Part shown: piece after piece, positions 12,735 to 24,477 of the stretch | Layout: every line of letters begins with the position of its first letter | How positions within the stretch are numbered: position 1 is the first letter of the stretch | From: Octopus sinensis | Lineage: Eukaryota | DNA length: 64,000 nucleotides | NCBI RefSeq assembly: GCF_006345805.1 | Contig: NC_043003.1 | Coordinates: forward strand, 66,092,001-66,156,000 | Reading direction: 5' to 3' | Program-made: the position numbers and the translations under genes | Notes under the pieces: generated by a model | Told to the model about the DNA's origin: nothing | Database searches by the model: none | The model's input: only the letters and a program-made list of their open reading frames with translations

Positions 12735-14400
12735 CATGATCATTTTATCATATTCTGGGGCGTGGCTGTTTCCCAAGAAGTTTTGAATACTCTTCTTGAA
12801 GGAAAACCAGGCATTCAATTCGACACTTGCTAGTGCTTCCTCAAAATACTTGTCCCTCATCAATTCCCGAATTTGAGGGCCAACATAGATTACTGCTGTT
12901 AGCTTGCCTTCACTTATACAAGGAAACTTTGACTCCAGGTACTTGAAAGCAGCTCCATCTTTGTTCAGGGCCTTCGCAATATTTTTCATAACCCCTAACT
13001 TGATGTTGGTTGGGGGCAACACAGTTTTTGTAGGCCAACTAGCAGCACAGCTTTCACGTTGTGATTTCCGGGTAAGAAGCTGATTCTTGGTGACCAATCG
13101 TTTTCTTCGTAGTGCTGGCTGTCGGTGCTACTATCACAAAGACACAGAAACCAAGAATACTTAGTGTATCCCTCTTGAAGACCTTGTAGGAGAGCAATAA
13201 CTTTTAAATCATCAGAAATGAGAAAATTGTGATTATGGTATTTGATTGCGGCGAGCTGGCAGAAACGTTAGCATACCGGGTAAAATGCGTAGCCGTATTT
13301 CGTCTGCCGATACGTTCTGAGTTCAAATTCCGCCGAGGTCGACTTTGCCTTTCATCCTTTCGGGGTCGATAAATTAAGTACCAGTTACGCACTGGGGTTG
13401 ATATAATCGACTTAATCCGTCTGTCTGTCCTTGTTTGTTCCTTCTATGTTTAGCCCCTTGTGGGTAGTAAAGAAATAGGTATTTGATTGCAGTTATTACT
13501 CTCTTCAAATTTTCGTAAGTTCCTGGCATTTGGCCCCTATGGTCAATTGGCACAGATGTAGCTGTGTTGCCATTGTAATGAAAAACAGCCTTTAAACTTC
13601 TGTTAGAAGAATCCCCATTCATCTGCTTTATATCTGAAGAGCCCCCATTCATCTGCTTTATATGACATCCCCATGTGTTCAATAAGGCCGGAAATATTTG
13701 AACTGAAAACTAAAGAATCCTCTTTCTGAAAGAACTGAGTGAATTCCGCTTCACGATAACGGTACCAAACGAATGTTCTACCGGGAGCTAGAAGCCTGTG
13801 TTCTTGCAGTCTATAGCCAAGTAACTGTGTGCACTTTCTTTTGGAAGGTTAAAGTCTCTAACCAAGTCACTGAGCTCAACGTGGTTGAAGAATTTGGGAT
13901 CGTTATTTGTTGGTGATTCATAGTCTACTTCCATCCCATTAGTATCTCTAGTATCAGACTCTGATGAAATTTCCCGTGTCTCAAGTGCCACAGGTATAGG
14001 AATATCATCCGAGTGTAGAACAGGTCTTAGTGGTGAAGGAATATTTGGGTATATTATGCGATCTTTAGTCTTCTTGTTGAATCCAGCTACTTTACTCATA
14101 CAAAAGTAGCAGTGGTTTATCTGATCCCGCCATACCATTGGTACCCCAAAGGGCATACATTTAAGTTTTCCAGGTGACCACATTTGAAGCTTACTGATGC
14201 AAATCTTGCAAGCTTTGTGAGGTGCAAGTGGCCTGTTTTGGTCTCCCAATTTGCAGCCAAACTATGCTAAATAGCAGTGCTTCAACAAAGGAGTAATTTT
14301 GCTCTGGGAATCTGAAGTGGTGAATTGAAACCGACTTAGTAGAATATATCTGGTGAATTGATGCAGCCTCTAGGCGTATTCACAGTCTGAAAAGGAAGGA
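12735..14400 (-). mobile_element. Decayed Chapaev3-like (CMC superfamily) transposase, SINE-interrupted and 3'-truncated
   Basis: Minus strand: PRGCINSPDIF (start ATG->ACG at 14377), GDQNRPLAPHKACKIC, FGVPMVWR..HCYFC, YPNIPS, ELSDLVRDFNLPKE, YKADEW..DSSNRSLKAV, IKYHNH..DLKVIALLQGLQEGYTKY..FLC, LPPTNIKLG, GPQIRELM, AWFSF..IQNFLGN. The C-terminal catalytic E region was not found. Confidence 0.8.
13250..13477 (+). mobile_element. SINE family A (long-tail variant) inserted in the Chapaev3-like ORF, 13-bp TSD
   Basis: TSD GGTATTTGATTGC at 13237-13249 and 13478-13490; removing the insert restores the reading frame ...VITAIKYHNH... Confidence 0.92.
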
Positions 14401-15802
14401 AATTATGTTAGATTTAATATTTAAGTCAATATAAGGTAAGCATCTTAATTTATCATATACGTATACAGAAAGAGAAAAGTAACGTCTCCGTATAACTTGA
14501 CAACCTGATGTGATAGACATGAATAAAAAACACAATGACTCATTATTTTTCATATATATTCAGAAAAAGATACCATACAGCCAATAAAAAAAATATGCAG
14601 ACCAGTGTAATTATAGAGTTCAGTAAATTAAGCGTATGGTAGTTACTTAATTTTCTGTAAATGCACACGCATACTCGCTTACAGGCACGCACGCATGCAC
14701 TCACACACACACACACACTTACACACACAGAGAATCACACACTCATATACACTGACGTGCTGTCACATTCGAAGACGTGTATAATGTATTTATTCGACGG
14801 CCTTATGGAAAGAAATATATGACGATTCGTGGTCAATGTAAACAATTCTGATGGATTCGACCAGACATTAGATGTATGGAGAGAACAAATAGAATTTAGC
14901 CTATTGGTGACATACGTATATCCAGTTAATTACGAATAAGAACTAAAGCTGCTCCATGAAATGGTTTCGAGAGGTGAAAAACCCTGCGCAAGGAAAGCGA
15001 CTAGAAAACGTATGGCAGAAGTAAAGAAGAAATGTCTAAATGTTATTCACTTCAGTTTCTAGCCATATTTCGCTAAAAAAAAATATGCTACTGTAATTTA
15101 TATCATAGTAATATATGATGCAATTTCAAATTCAGTTATTTTTCGTTATATCTTGTTTCTTATATTCGTATGGAATTGTCAATAAGTAAGTAAAAAAAAA
15201 ATATTTAAAAAAGGCAAAAAAACTACCAATATTTTTCTGTAGCTGAGGCTGGTTTTCCGAAAATGTGAAGGTGTCTTTTTCATGACATTCCATTTGCATA
15301 ATTTTTTTCGAATATTATTTATTATTATTCCTTCTCGCAATATTTCTATACAAACCAAAATGAAGACTTCTTCTCTATGGACAATGCCATTGCAGAAACA
15401 CATCGGAGCTTTTTTTTTTTTTAATATATTAAGATAATTTGTAAGTAATATGAAGTGAATGCAGTATCATAAAAAAACTTTATGCTTAAAAACACGACGC
15501 CGTATTTCTCTTAGCGCGTCCTGTTTTAGACATCTCATTTACAGTAAATCACACGCGATTTCGTATGTATAAGTTGTTATCAAGGCTCATTGCTAAAATA
15601 TTCAGACCTATTCTTCATGATTAATTGGTATTTGTTATTTAGTAGCCTAGTTTCAAATGGTATTAACAACATCGTTCAATTTCCGTTCATGTTTAAAATA
15701 ACCATAAAAAGGTTAACTCTAAAATGAAGTTTGCTTATTTATCCGAACCTGAACGACAGATAAAATACTAAAACAAGAAAAGATGGTTGCAATAATTGCT
15801 TA

Positions 15803-15945
<143 letters not shown>

Positions 15946-15967
15946 TATAGAGGCTGCGAGTTAGTGT

Positions 15968-15999
<32 letters not shown>

Positions 16000-16510
16000 T
16001 TATTACCTATATTGCTATATATGTGTATCCTGGATTTGCTTTTCGTGCAGAATCTTCTGATACAAATGAATATTATGGCTATAACATTTTGCAGCTTTAT
16101 ATGAGTTTGAAGAGTTTAACAAATTATAATGATGAAATAGAAAATATTACGTAGCAGTTCCCAATGAGAAACAGAAAGTATATCGGCCAAAATTTATAAC
16201 TTTGTGCAAGTGGGTGTACAATGTTATAAAACAGTTCGCCTCTTGATAAAGTTTGGACTTTGTTATATCATGTTTATTTACATTACGTTTTCAAATCTCG
16301 CCAGGGTCAAATCTCATTTAAACCCCTCTAAGATTTGATAAAATAATCACCACAGTGTGTATTTTAATTATTTATTTACTGATTTATTTATAGCCCTAGG
16401 ACTCCTAAGGCCGGTTACTTGGTTTTCATGACCGAAATCACAACATCAATTTAGCGAGAAGCCAGTTCGTTACAGAATCCAAAGCAAGATATATATACAT
16501 ACATACATAC

Positions 16511-16554
<44 letters not shown>

Positions 16555-16559
16555 TATAT

Positions 16560-16730
16560 AGTTGAAATTTACAGAAAGACAAAAAAGCAAAGACGAGTGT
16601 ATAAACAACAATCAGATTCATTAGTTTGACGCTCGGAAAGGTGAGAAAGTCTTTTACGTTTCGAGACTACGCTCTTTAACAGAAAGAAACACGATGAAAT
16701 AAACATAGAGAATAAAAAATTTGCAGATTA
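16560..16730 (-). mobile_element. (TA)n-flanked Penelope-terminus-like repeat with hammerhead-like motif (16650-16687)
   Basis: Minus strand UCUUU-CUGUUAA-A-GAGC-GUAG-UCUC-GAA-ACGU-A/AAAGA: 5-bp stem I, palindromic ACGU stem III, GUA triplet. Confidence 0.6.
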
Positions 16731-16739
16731 AGAAGTATA

Positions 16740-16789
<50 letters not shown>

Positions 16790-16877
16790 AAAACCAGTGG
16801 ATTTGAAAAGATAGAATATACAGGCAACGAGTTTACATGCGGTTCTCCTTGTGTGTACATTTAACATCTAAAGACTA

Positions 16878-16943
16878 CCTACTGATGAAGACTGGCCTCA
16901 GTAAATATTTTTTACTGAAACTAGTCAGAAACCATGGTCTAGG
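16878..16943 (+). ncRNA. Type I hammerhead ribozyme motif with long stem II and palindromic stem III
   Basis: Stem I CCUA (16878-81)/UAGG (16940-43); canonical CUGAUGA (16882-88); ~16-bp imperfect stem II (GACUGGCCUCAGUAAA / UUUACUGAAACUAGUC); GAAA (16928-31); ACCAUGGU palindrome; GUC, predicted cleavage after 16939. A.A mismatch at 10.1/11.1. Confidence 0.72.
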
Positions 16944-17187
16944 AACTTAATTAGATGGTTAATGTTTTTAATTTTCATTCCTTTCGAGAATTTTTCCCTA
17001 ATTAGTGGTTTGAGTCTTCTACTGCTCTTTCTAGCACAAGGGTTTCCTATGATGGAAACCTCTTAATGTGTTTTAATGTACACGATATTTTTATGTGAAT
17101 AATATACAACCTATTGACTAATTTTTTTTGTGCTAGGCCACTGGTAATAATAATTTCTATAATTCTTATTACCCTAATATCATTTAT

Positions 17188-17239
<52 letters not shown>

Positions 17240-17243
17240 ATAT

Positions 17244-17420
17244 AGTTGAAATTTACAGGAAAACAGAAGGCGAAGACTGGTGTATGAAAAACAAGTAGGT
17301 GTATTAGTTTGACGCTCGTGAAGTGAGAAAGCCTTTTAAGTTTCGAGCCCACGCTTTTCAACAGAAAAGAATATGAGGAAATAAACAGAGAGAGAATAAA
17401 AAAACTTGTGGATTTAGCGA
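17244..17420 (-). mobile_element. (TA)n-flanked Penelope-terminus-like repeat with hammerhead-like motif (17333-17368)
   Basis: Homologous to 16560-16730; the minus strand reads CUGUUGA-A-AAGC-GUGG-GCUC-GAAAC-UUA. Confidence 0.6.
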
Positions 17421-17757
17421 CAAAGCATGGTGGCTGTATATATGTGTATGTGTGTGTGTGTATGTGTGTCACCATAGCCATAAATCTATGATTTGTATAG
17501 TAAAACAAATTCTTATACTGATTATATCATAACATTTTTTTCTATTTTAATAGGATTTACTTAATAGAATTAACATAGGAAGTATACTTCATAAATAAAT
17601 AATTGGACTTTTACGGGGGAAATATTTTGAGAACATTATATTAACATCTAATGTTCGGTATAAATCATGAGGAATACATTTGAAATATTTTTTTTTATTT
17701 CTCAAAGTCTTTAATACTTTTGATATATTTATTTTTTATGTGTGCCAGTGTGTGGAA

Positions 17758-17897
17758 GGCGACGAGCTGCTAGAATCGTCGAAATCGACTTTGCCTTTCA
17801 TCATTTTGGGGTCGATAAATTAAGTATCAATTGCGTACTGGGATCGATGTAATCCACTGGTCCCCTCCCCCAAAAGTTTGGGCCTTATTTATATAGA
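17758..17897 (+). mobile_element. SINE family A with internal deletion
   Basis: GGCGACGAGCTGCTAGAATCG joined directly to TCGACTTTGCCTTTCATC...GGTCGATAAATTAAG. Confidence 0.75.
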
Positions 17898-19132
17898 AAC
17901 GTTTGCTGAAAAGTTCATAGCCTGACTTCTAAGAAATGATGGTACAACTGTGCAATCCTGCACGCATTAATTTTAGTACTTCTGATTAACAACTGCATTG
18001 TTGCTTTCAAATAAATTGGCAGCTTATTGCTCAAAGACTTCAAACGTGACTAGTAGCGACTACTTTTAAAACTTGGACGAAATTTGGCCTCGTTATATTA
18101 TCAATTACCTGCAGAGAAAGGGTTTAGCTCCCAAGCACATATATGCTAACATGTCTGTTACATTAGGGGATGACATCCCAGCTTCATCAACAGTGCAAAA
18201 GCGATCAGGTGAATTTAGAAGGGGAAGAGAGTTTTGAATGGACTTCTGAGGCTGCCTCCGCTGAGGAAAGCATGGATCGATTTCACTACATGCATAGATG
18301 ACAGGCGATTGACTATGAATTAAATAGCCAATGTTAGCATATCAGTGAGGATTGAGAATATTCTGCACGATGGGCTTCGAATGATGAAAGTTTCTGCATG
18401 GTGGGTGTCACATCTGACACTTCATCAAAAGTTGACCTGGCTGATCAAATCATGGGAAAATCTGACACTGTTTGAGGCTAATCTAGCTGGTTTCCTTGAA
18501 AGTTTCCTAACCCAGGTCGAGTGTTGGGCTCATCGCCTTGAGCTAGAGATAAAAAACAATTCATGCAGTGAAAACACCCCTTTCACCAGCTCCAAGCAAA
18601 CTGGTTCCTTTGCATGTAATAGGATGGCCTCAGTGTTTGGGATGTAAGAGGCATTGCTTTTATTGACTGTCTTCAGAAATGTCACACCATTAATTGAGAG
18701 TACTATGCCAACTAGCTGAGGCAATTACGAAATGCTATCAAGACCAAACATCGAGGAAAACTGTTAAATGGATTTTGTTTCATAAGAACAATGCTCCAGC
18801 ACACAGATCTTTGGTTTCAGTGGCTGCTGTGGCTGACGTGCTTTTAACTGGGCTGCTACATTCCCTGTGCCCTGCTTTGGTTCCATCTGACTCTTATCTG
18901 TTCTCCAACATGAAAGCGCCTTTGCCAGGGAACCAGTACTGCAGTAATGATGACCTCATATCTTGTGTTGATGATTATTCTGATGAAAAAGACAAAAACT
19001 TCTTCAGAAATTGTATTCAAGCACTGCAACACAATGGAAGAAGTGTGTGGACTGCAAGGGGCATTATGTCGAAAAATATACCATATTGAGAGTATTTTAG
19101 AAAGCCTATGAACTTTTTAGCAGACACTTGAA
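17893..19132 (+). mobile_element. Full-length decayed mariner (irritans-like, DD34D), ~1.24 kb
   Basis: Imperfect ~30-bp TIRs (GTTTGCTGAAAAGTTCATAGCCT / AGCCTATGAACTTTTTAGCAGAC). Transposase ~18073-19075 with stops and frameshifts: LDEIWPRYIINYLQRKGLAPK..LGDDIPASSTVQK..EFRRGRE, VSAWWVSH, LFHKNNAPAH, PSDSYLFSNMK, KCVDCKGHYVEK. Confidence 0.88.
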
Positions 19133-19146
19133 TGTGTGTGTAAAAC

Positions 19147-19285
19147 GGTGAGCTAGCAGAATCATTAGCACGCCGATGAAAATACTTAGCGGTATTTCCT
19201 CTGTTTTTACCTTCGGCGCTCAAATTCCGTCGCGGTTGACTTTGCCTTTAATCTCTTCGGAGGTCGAGAAAATAAATACCGGCCT
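19147..19285 (+). mobile_element. SINE family A, 3'-truncated
   Basis: GGTGAGCTAGCAGAATCATTAGCACGCCG...CTCAAATTCC...GACTTTGCCTTT. Confidence 0.75.
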
Positions 19286-19727
19286 AGTGCAAAAGCTTGA
19301 TACAAATATTCCGTATATGTGAGTACAGTCATTCATATATGATTTTATAATAAGCAAGCAATGACACTTCTTAAATGTAGTATTTAGTTACATGGTATTG
19401 TAAATCAAGGATAATAATTCAATAACAGTAAATACGTTTTATATTTCAATATCTCATATTATGCAAATGAGAGAAAAAAGAATATATTCAGTGATGGCAT
19501 TTTAGAGATAGAGTTTATATAATTCTTTCGCCTAAATATTCAGAAATTTGCAAAATTTACTATTGGTAATAAGTTTTGCAATTCAATATTGTAAAATTTA
19601 TGTGGCAATCTATAGCTTGTTATATTTGATCAGTGTACACACGTACTGGCTTATGCGCACATACTCACTCATATTATGTACATGTGGGTTTGTCTGTGCT
19701 TGTTTGTGTGTGTGTATATTTGTGTGA

Positions 19728-20000
19728 AGGCACGTGGCCTAGTATTTTAGCGTATTGCACTTAGAATCGCGAGATTGTGGTCTCGATTGCCAGCCGGCTG
19801 CATGTTTTGCTTTTGAGCAAAACAATTCATTTCCCGTTGTACCAGTTCACACAGTTGTAGAGAGGTGAACAAGTATTGGGATCGCGGTGAAGGTTGGCCT
19901 GCATGCTCAGACAGCGGGGTAGTATCATTCAAATAGCTTAAACGATGCAAAGCGCACTATCACCAGCGATGTATAACCCACCCGATAGTATGGTTGATTA
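19728..20000 (+). mobile_element. SINE family D (tRNA-like head, CORE-like centre)
   Basis: GAAGGCACGTGGCCTAG head, GGTCTCGATTGCC B-box-like segment, TTGAGCAAAACA..CCAGTTCACACAGTTGTAG, tail ACCAGCGATGTATAAC shared with 54300-54560. Confidence 0.65.
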
Positions 20001-20180
20001 CGCGATCACGTTTCGGTGAAGAGGTCACATATGTGTGACGAAAGATTTCCCGACAATGGAAATGAGTTAGAATAAGAACAGTAATAAACTAGTGAAGAAC
20101 AAATATATATTTCCGTGCACAGCCTAATGATACCAACTAGCAATAACAGTTTTGTGGGGTTATACCAAGTTGTGCCTGTT

Positions 20181-20866
20181 TCTTAAGATCATAACCCTTA
20201 TTACTGGGATGATTACACTAGAGTCTGTTTTAACCATAGTCATCGGGTGGCTCATGATTCATGTGTCCATTTCCTCAGGCGATATGGCATTAAGGTTAGA
20301 AGCAACGTGTGTATAGCTGAAAGTTGTTTATCAATTTTCACAGGTGAGAAGGTCGAATGGGTAGTTCTATGTGTATTTGGTGGGAGGAGCAGAAGGTGGT
20401 GGAAAGTGAGGAAAGACCGGTAATGGTAAAAGAGACGGTGGCATGTGTGGTGAAGTTTGATTTGTTTGCGTATATGTGTATGCAGTTGTCAGGATGGGTA
20501 GCACAGTGTATTGGTTCGACCTTAGTCACAGCTGGCGCAGCTTCAGTGAATTCAGAAGTAGTCAGGCCAGGATGTATAGCTATTCTGTTGTTGAAGTTCA
20601 TTGATTTGACAAATTATGTTCTCGTAAAGTGTAGTTTTAATTGTTTTTGGTGGTACAATGATATAGCATATAGCATAGTTTCAGTGGACGTTAACCTTTT
20701 CGTTGGTGAAAATTAATAAACAAACTTCCCTTATACATTCGTTGCTTCTAACATTAATGCCATATCTACTAAGGAAATGATCACATGAACCATAAGCAAC
20801 CCGATGCCTACGGATGCTACGGACTGTAGTGTAATCATCCCAGGAATACGGACTATGATCTTAAGA
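20181..20866. repeat. Inverted repeat, 127-bp arms (20181-20307 and 20740-20866), 432-bp spacer
   Basis: Manual gap-free alignment gives about 21 mismatches in 127 (~83% identity). Confidence 0.85.
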
Positions 20867-20925
20867 GTCATGTGATTTGTGGAAATGCGCGTAGCATTAA
20901 AATATTTATAAATTTCCTGCATGGA

Positions 20926-20969
20926 TTCTTCTTCTTCTTCTTCTTCTCTTCTTCTTCTTCTTCTTCTTC

Positions 20970-21041
<72 letters not shown>
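20926..21041. repeat. Compound (TTC)n(TTA)n(TTG)n
   Basis: Direct reading. Confidence 0.95.
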
Positions 21042-21042
<1 letters not shown>

Positions 21043-21281
21043 CGTGTCTTCTATTGAGTCTGCTAAAATGAATTCATAAGCAAACATGTAACATCCAAAT
21101 GTACATCGTTTTTCCTCTGATCATATTGTGATCATGTCACATACATGTAAATGTTTAATGTTTATTGAGTATTAACAGAAACGGCTGTGAGTGAAGATGA
21201 CCAATTTGCTGTTAATAATAAACAATTGTTAACTTCCTAATTTCCATTTTCTTTTCTTCTTTGAAACGAATATAAACACTA

Positions 21282-21284
<3 letters not shown>

Positions 21285-21347
<63 letters not shown>

Positions 21348-21364
21348 ATATTATATATATATAC

Positions 21365-21397
<33 letters not shown>

Positions 21398-21409
21398 TAT
21401 AATATATAT

Positions 21410-21457
<48 letters not shown>

Positions 21458-21490
21458 AATATATATATATATATATACATACATATATAT
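21285..21490. repeat. (TACA)n/(TA)n microsatellite
   Basis: Direct reading. Confidence 0.95.
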
Positions 21491-21602
21491 TCCTATTATT
21501 TTAAGGAAATTCATTTCCTCATAATACTGGGTGTTGAACCAGTATTTCTTTGGATGACACCATCCCTTCATAAGTTTTACACATCCTTTAAGTGTATATA
21601 TA

Positions 21603-21650
<48 letters not shown>

Positions 21651-22365
21651 CACACACACACATATGAGAAAATCACATTTGCGCCAAATATATTCACACT
21701 GTATTACAAGTAAGTTTATACTTACGCGTAACACGTGGTAAGATGAAATTTACATTAACAAGTGGGTGGATCATATTTGTTACATAACCAAATATTTGCG
21801 ATCATATTCAGTGTTTCGGGATATGTATTCGTTGAGGTAAATTAACTGCATCGATATTGGAGCCTCGCTGTTTATTAAATAGGAATTTAAATGGATATTA
21901 GCCATCGCTGCTGTTCTTCCGTGTGCATAAGTAACGGTATGATAGAAGTGAAAGTATAAGTTTCTATACGTATGAAATAAATATACAAACCGTCTGAGTT
22001 ACTAGGGCGTAACTCCATCATCGCAATTGTTGGCAAGTTCCTATAAGATATTTTGAGGATCTGTGTAGGCTCGACTTGCTAGGTCTAGCCACGAAATCGT
22101 TCTCAAATCATATTTTACCATGTTGAAAATGTTAGAGGGATATATTGAATAATTTAATTCGAGATACGCAATACCCATGAGGAAGCTGATTCGGTCACGG
22201 CTTACAGGGTTACGAGGGCGTCACTTCATCATTAAAATTAGTTACAGCTTCATATGGTATAACTGACGTCGAGGCGACGAAGGCGACAATATGAGATCAC
22301 TTTATCCATTTATTATTTTTTTTTTACGTTGTTGCCTTTGGAGTCAATTCTCATCCACTGATGTG

Positions 22366-22650
22366 AAGGCCCGTGGCTTAGTGATTAGGTTATTTGGATC
22401 ACGATCGCAATGTCGTGAGTTCGATTCCCGACAGCGCGTTTTTTTCCATGAGCTACACTCTTTGTTTCACTTTGCTACAGTTCACTCAGCTGGTAATTAG
22501 GAGTTGTACCTGTAATTTAAAAAGCAATCTTTGTCACATTGTGTATCATACTGAATCTCCCTGAGAACTACGTTAAGAAGATTTGTGTCTGAGGTTAATT
22601 TATTACGCTAATCGTTTCCATTGATCAGACTAACTGAAACAATCGTCGCG
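22366..22650 (+). mobile_element. Mosaic SINE: family-D head and CORE-like centre with family-B tail
   Basis: GAGTTCGATTCCC B box; CAGTTCACTCAGCTGG centre; tail TGAATCTCCCTGAGAACTACGTTAAG...CGTCGCGTAACCGAC matches the family-B tail. Confidence 0.7.
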
Positions 22651-22701
22651 TAACCGACAGACTGCCAATTTTTTTTCCTAATATGGATTTAGTGAAACCA
22701 T

Positions 22702-23269
22702 ATTCTTTTATACTCTAAGCACAAGGCCCGAAATCTTAGGAGTGGGGGCCAGTCGATTCGATCGACTTAATTGGTACTTAATTTATTGACCCCGAAAGGA
22801 TGAAAGGCAAAGTCGACCTCGGTGGAATTTGAACTCAGAACGTAGCGGCAGACGAAATACCTATTTCTTTACTATCCACAAGGGGCTAAACACAGAGAGG
22901 ACAAACAAACGGATTAAGTCGATTATATCGCCCCTGTGCGTAACTGGTACTTATTTAATCGACCGCGAAAGGATGAAAGGCAAAGTCGACCTCGGTGGAA
23001 TTTGAACTCAGAACGTAACGGCAGACGAAATACCTATTTCTTTACTATCCACAAGGGGTTAAACATAGGGAGGACAAACAAGGACAGACAAACGGATCAA
23101 GTCGATTATATCGACCCCAGTGAGTAACTGGCACTTATTTAATCGACCCCGAAAGGATGGAAGGCAAAGTCGACCTCGGCGGAATTTGAACTCAGAACGT
23201 AACGGCAGACGAAATACGGCTACGCATTTCGCCCGCCGTGCTAACGTTACTGCCAGCTCACAGCCTTTC
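22702..23269 (-). mobile_element. SINE family A with three tandem body units, 11-bp TSD
   Basis: One head (23215-23265) and three ~180-bp body units; AGTGAAACCAT at 22691-22701 and 23270-23280. Confidence 0.88.
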
Positions 23270-24111
23270 AGTGAAACCATCTTATATCAGAAATGGAAAA
23301 GAACAAATCGGAAAACTTTTAAAACATAGAATCAGAGTTTCTTTTTCAATATAAACGCATTAAATAAAAATACATGTGAAAATACTAAGCAATGTGCTCG
23401 ATATACAATGCCTTCGGTTGAGAAGCTTTTTATCATTCCTCTTTCTCATTCACTTATTACACTTGGACCTCTGTGAAATTGTCATTTTAATCTTAAATGA
23501 GAGAGTAATAATTGCTATAGACATTGAAATCATGGGTCGATTATGCGAAGTCGTGGCATATGTGTGTCCTCAGTAATATTTTAACCTGGTAGGGCCCATT
23601 CCTTTCCAAGTCTGACAATAGGTGATTTATTTCAGGTTGTAAGGAAAGAGACAGATAAAGTGAGCAGGCTCCCTTTCAGTACAGCTTTACGGCTATATTT
23701 ACTGACTCCGAACGGAAGAAAGACATATTTCGCTTCATAGGTATTGGTATTCAGAGAAGAGACAGATGGAATGAATACCACAAGATCATGTGTCCAATGC
23801 TTTTTTCGTTTGGCCGTTTGCCACTGATAATTAAGTACCTCGTAATGGTGAAACGACTGTCGTTGCAGCCGAGTGTCCGTGAGTTGGTACCAGAAGTTTA
23901 TCATGTCGAGTTTGTGTGAGTCGCTACAAAAGACCTTATTTCCATTTCTCAAATAATTCTGAACATGATGGAAAAAAGAATCCATGTACAGATCCTCGCA
24001 AACTCAGGTTTGAACAAATATTATTTAACTTCGATCCACAATACAGAGAACACTTTTGGATAATTGCATTTCATATCAGTGCGGTTTCACAGTTATGCTT
24101 ACAGTATAAAG

Positions 24112-24330
24112 AGTAATACCTCGCCATATCGCGGTTTATTATTTAAGCTTACGTCGATTCCTTCGAGGTTTTGCTTTGCATTTATAATAAAATAAATATA
24201 TAAAAATTATAAAAATAATATAAAATATATATAAAGTACAGTACTGTTTCTACTTCACGGATTTTCACTTATCGCGTGTGTTGGTGGTGGTTTGGAATGT
24301 ATCACTCGCGATAGTGCATGATTTGTAAAC
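24112..24330. mobile_element. pogo/Tigger-like MITE remnant
   Basis: GAGTAATACCTCGCCATATCGCGG left end, AT-rich centre, CGGATTTTCACTTATCGCG and ACTCGCGATAG right subterminal motifs partly inverted to the left end. Family call from motif recognition only. Confidence 0.45.
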
Positions 24331-24477
24331 GATCCCGTAAAATGTGGCCCAAATTCGATAGGTTGTCTTAAATATCAATTATAAAATCTAAACCTCAATT
24401 TTCTGTTATTTAGAGTGTCACTGGTCACAATGATGTTCCGTATAAAACAATTTCTAACATTTATAAATATATTTCAT

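Noticed and set aside
12198-14516. TATCACGTCAGGT / ACCTGATGTGATA inverted 13-mer as possible Chapaev subterminal repeats
   Set aside because: It does not extend, and the left copy lies inside the hammerhead-bearing unit; probably coincidental.
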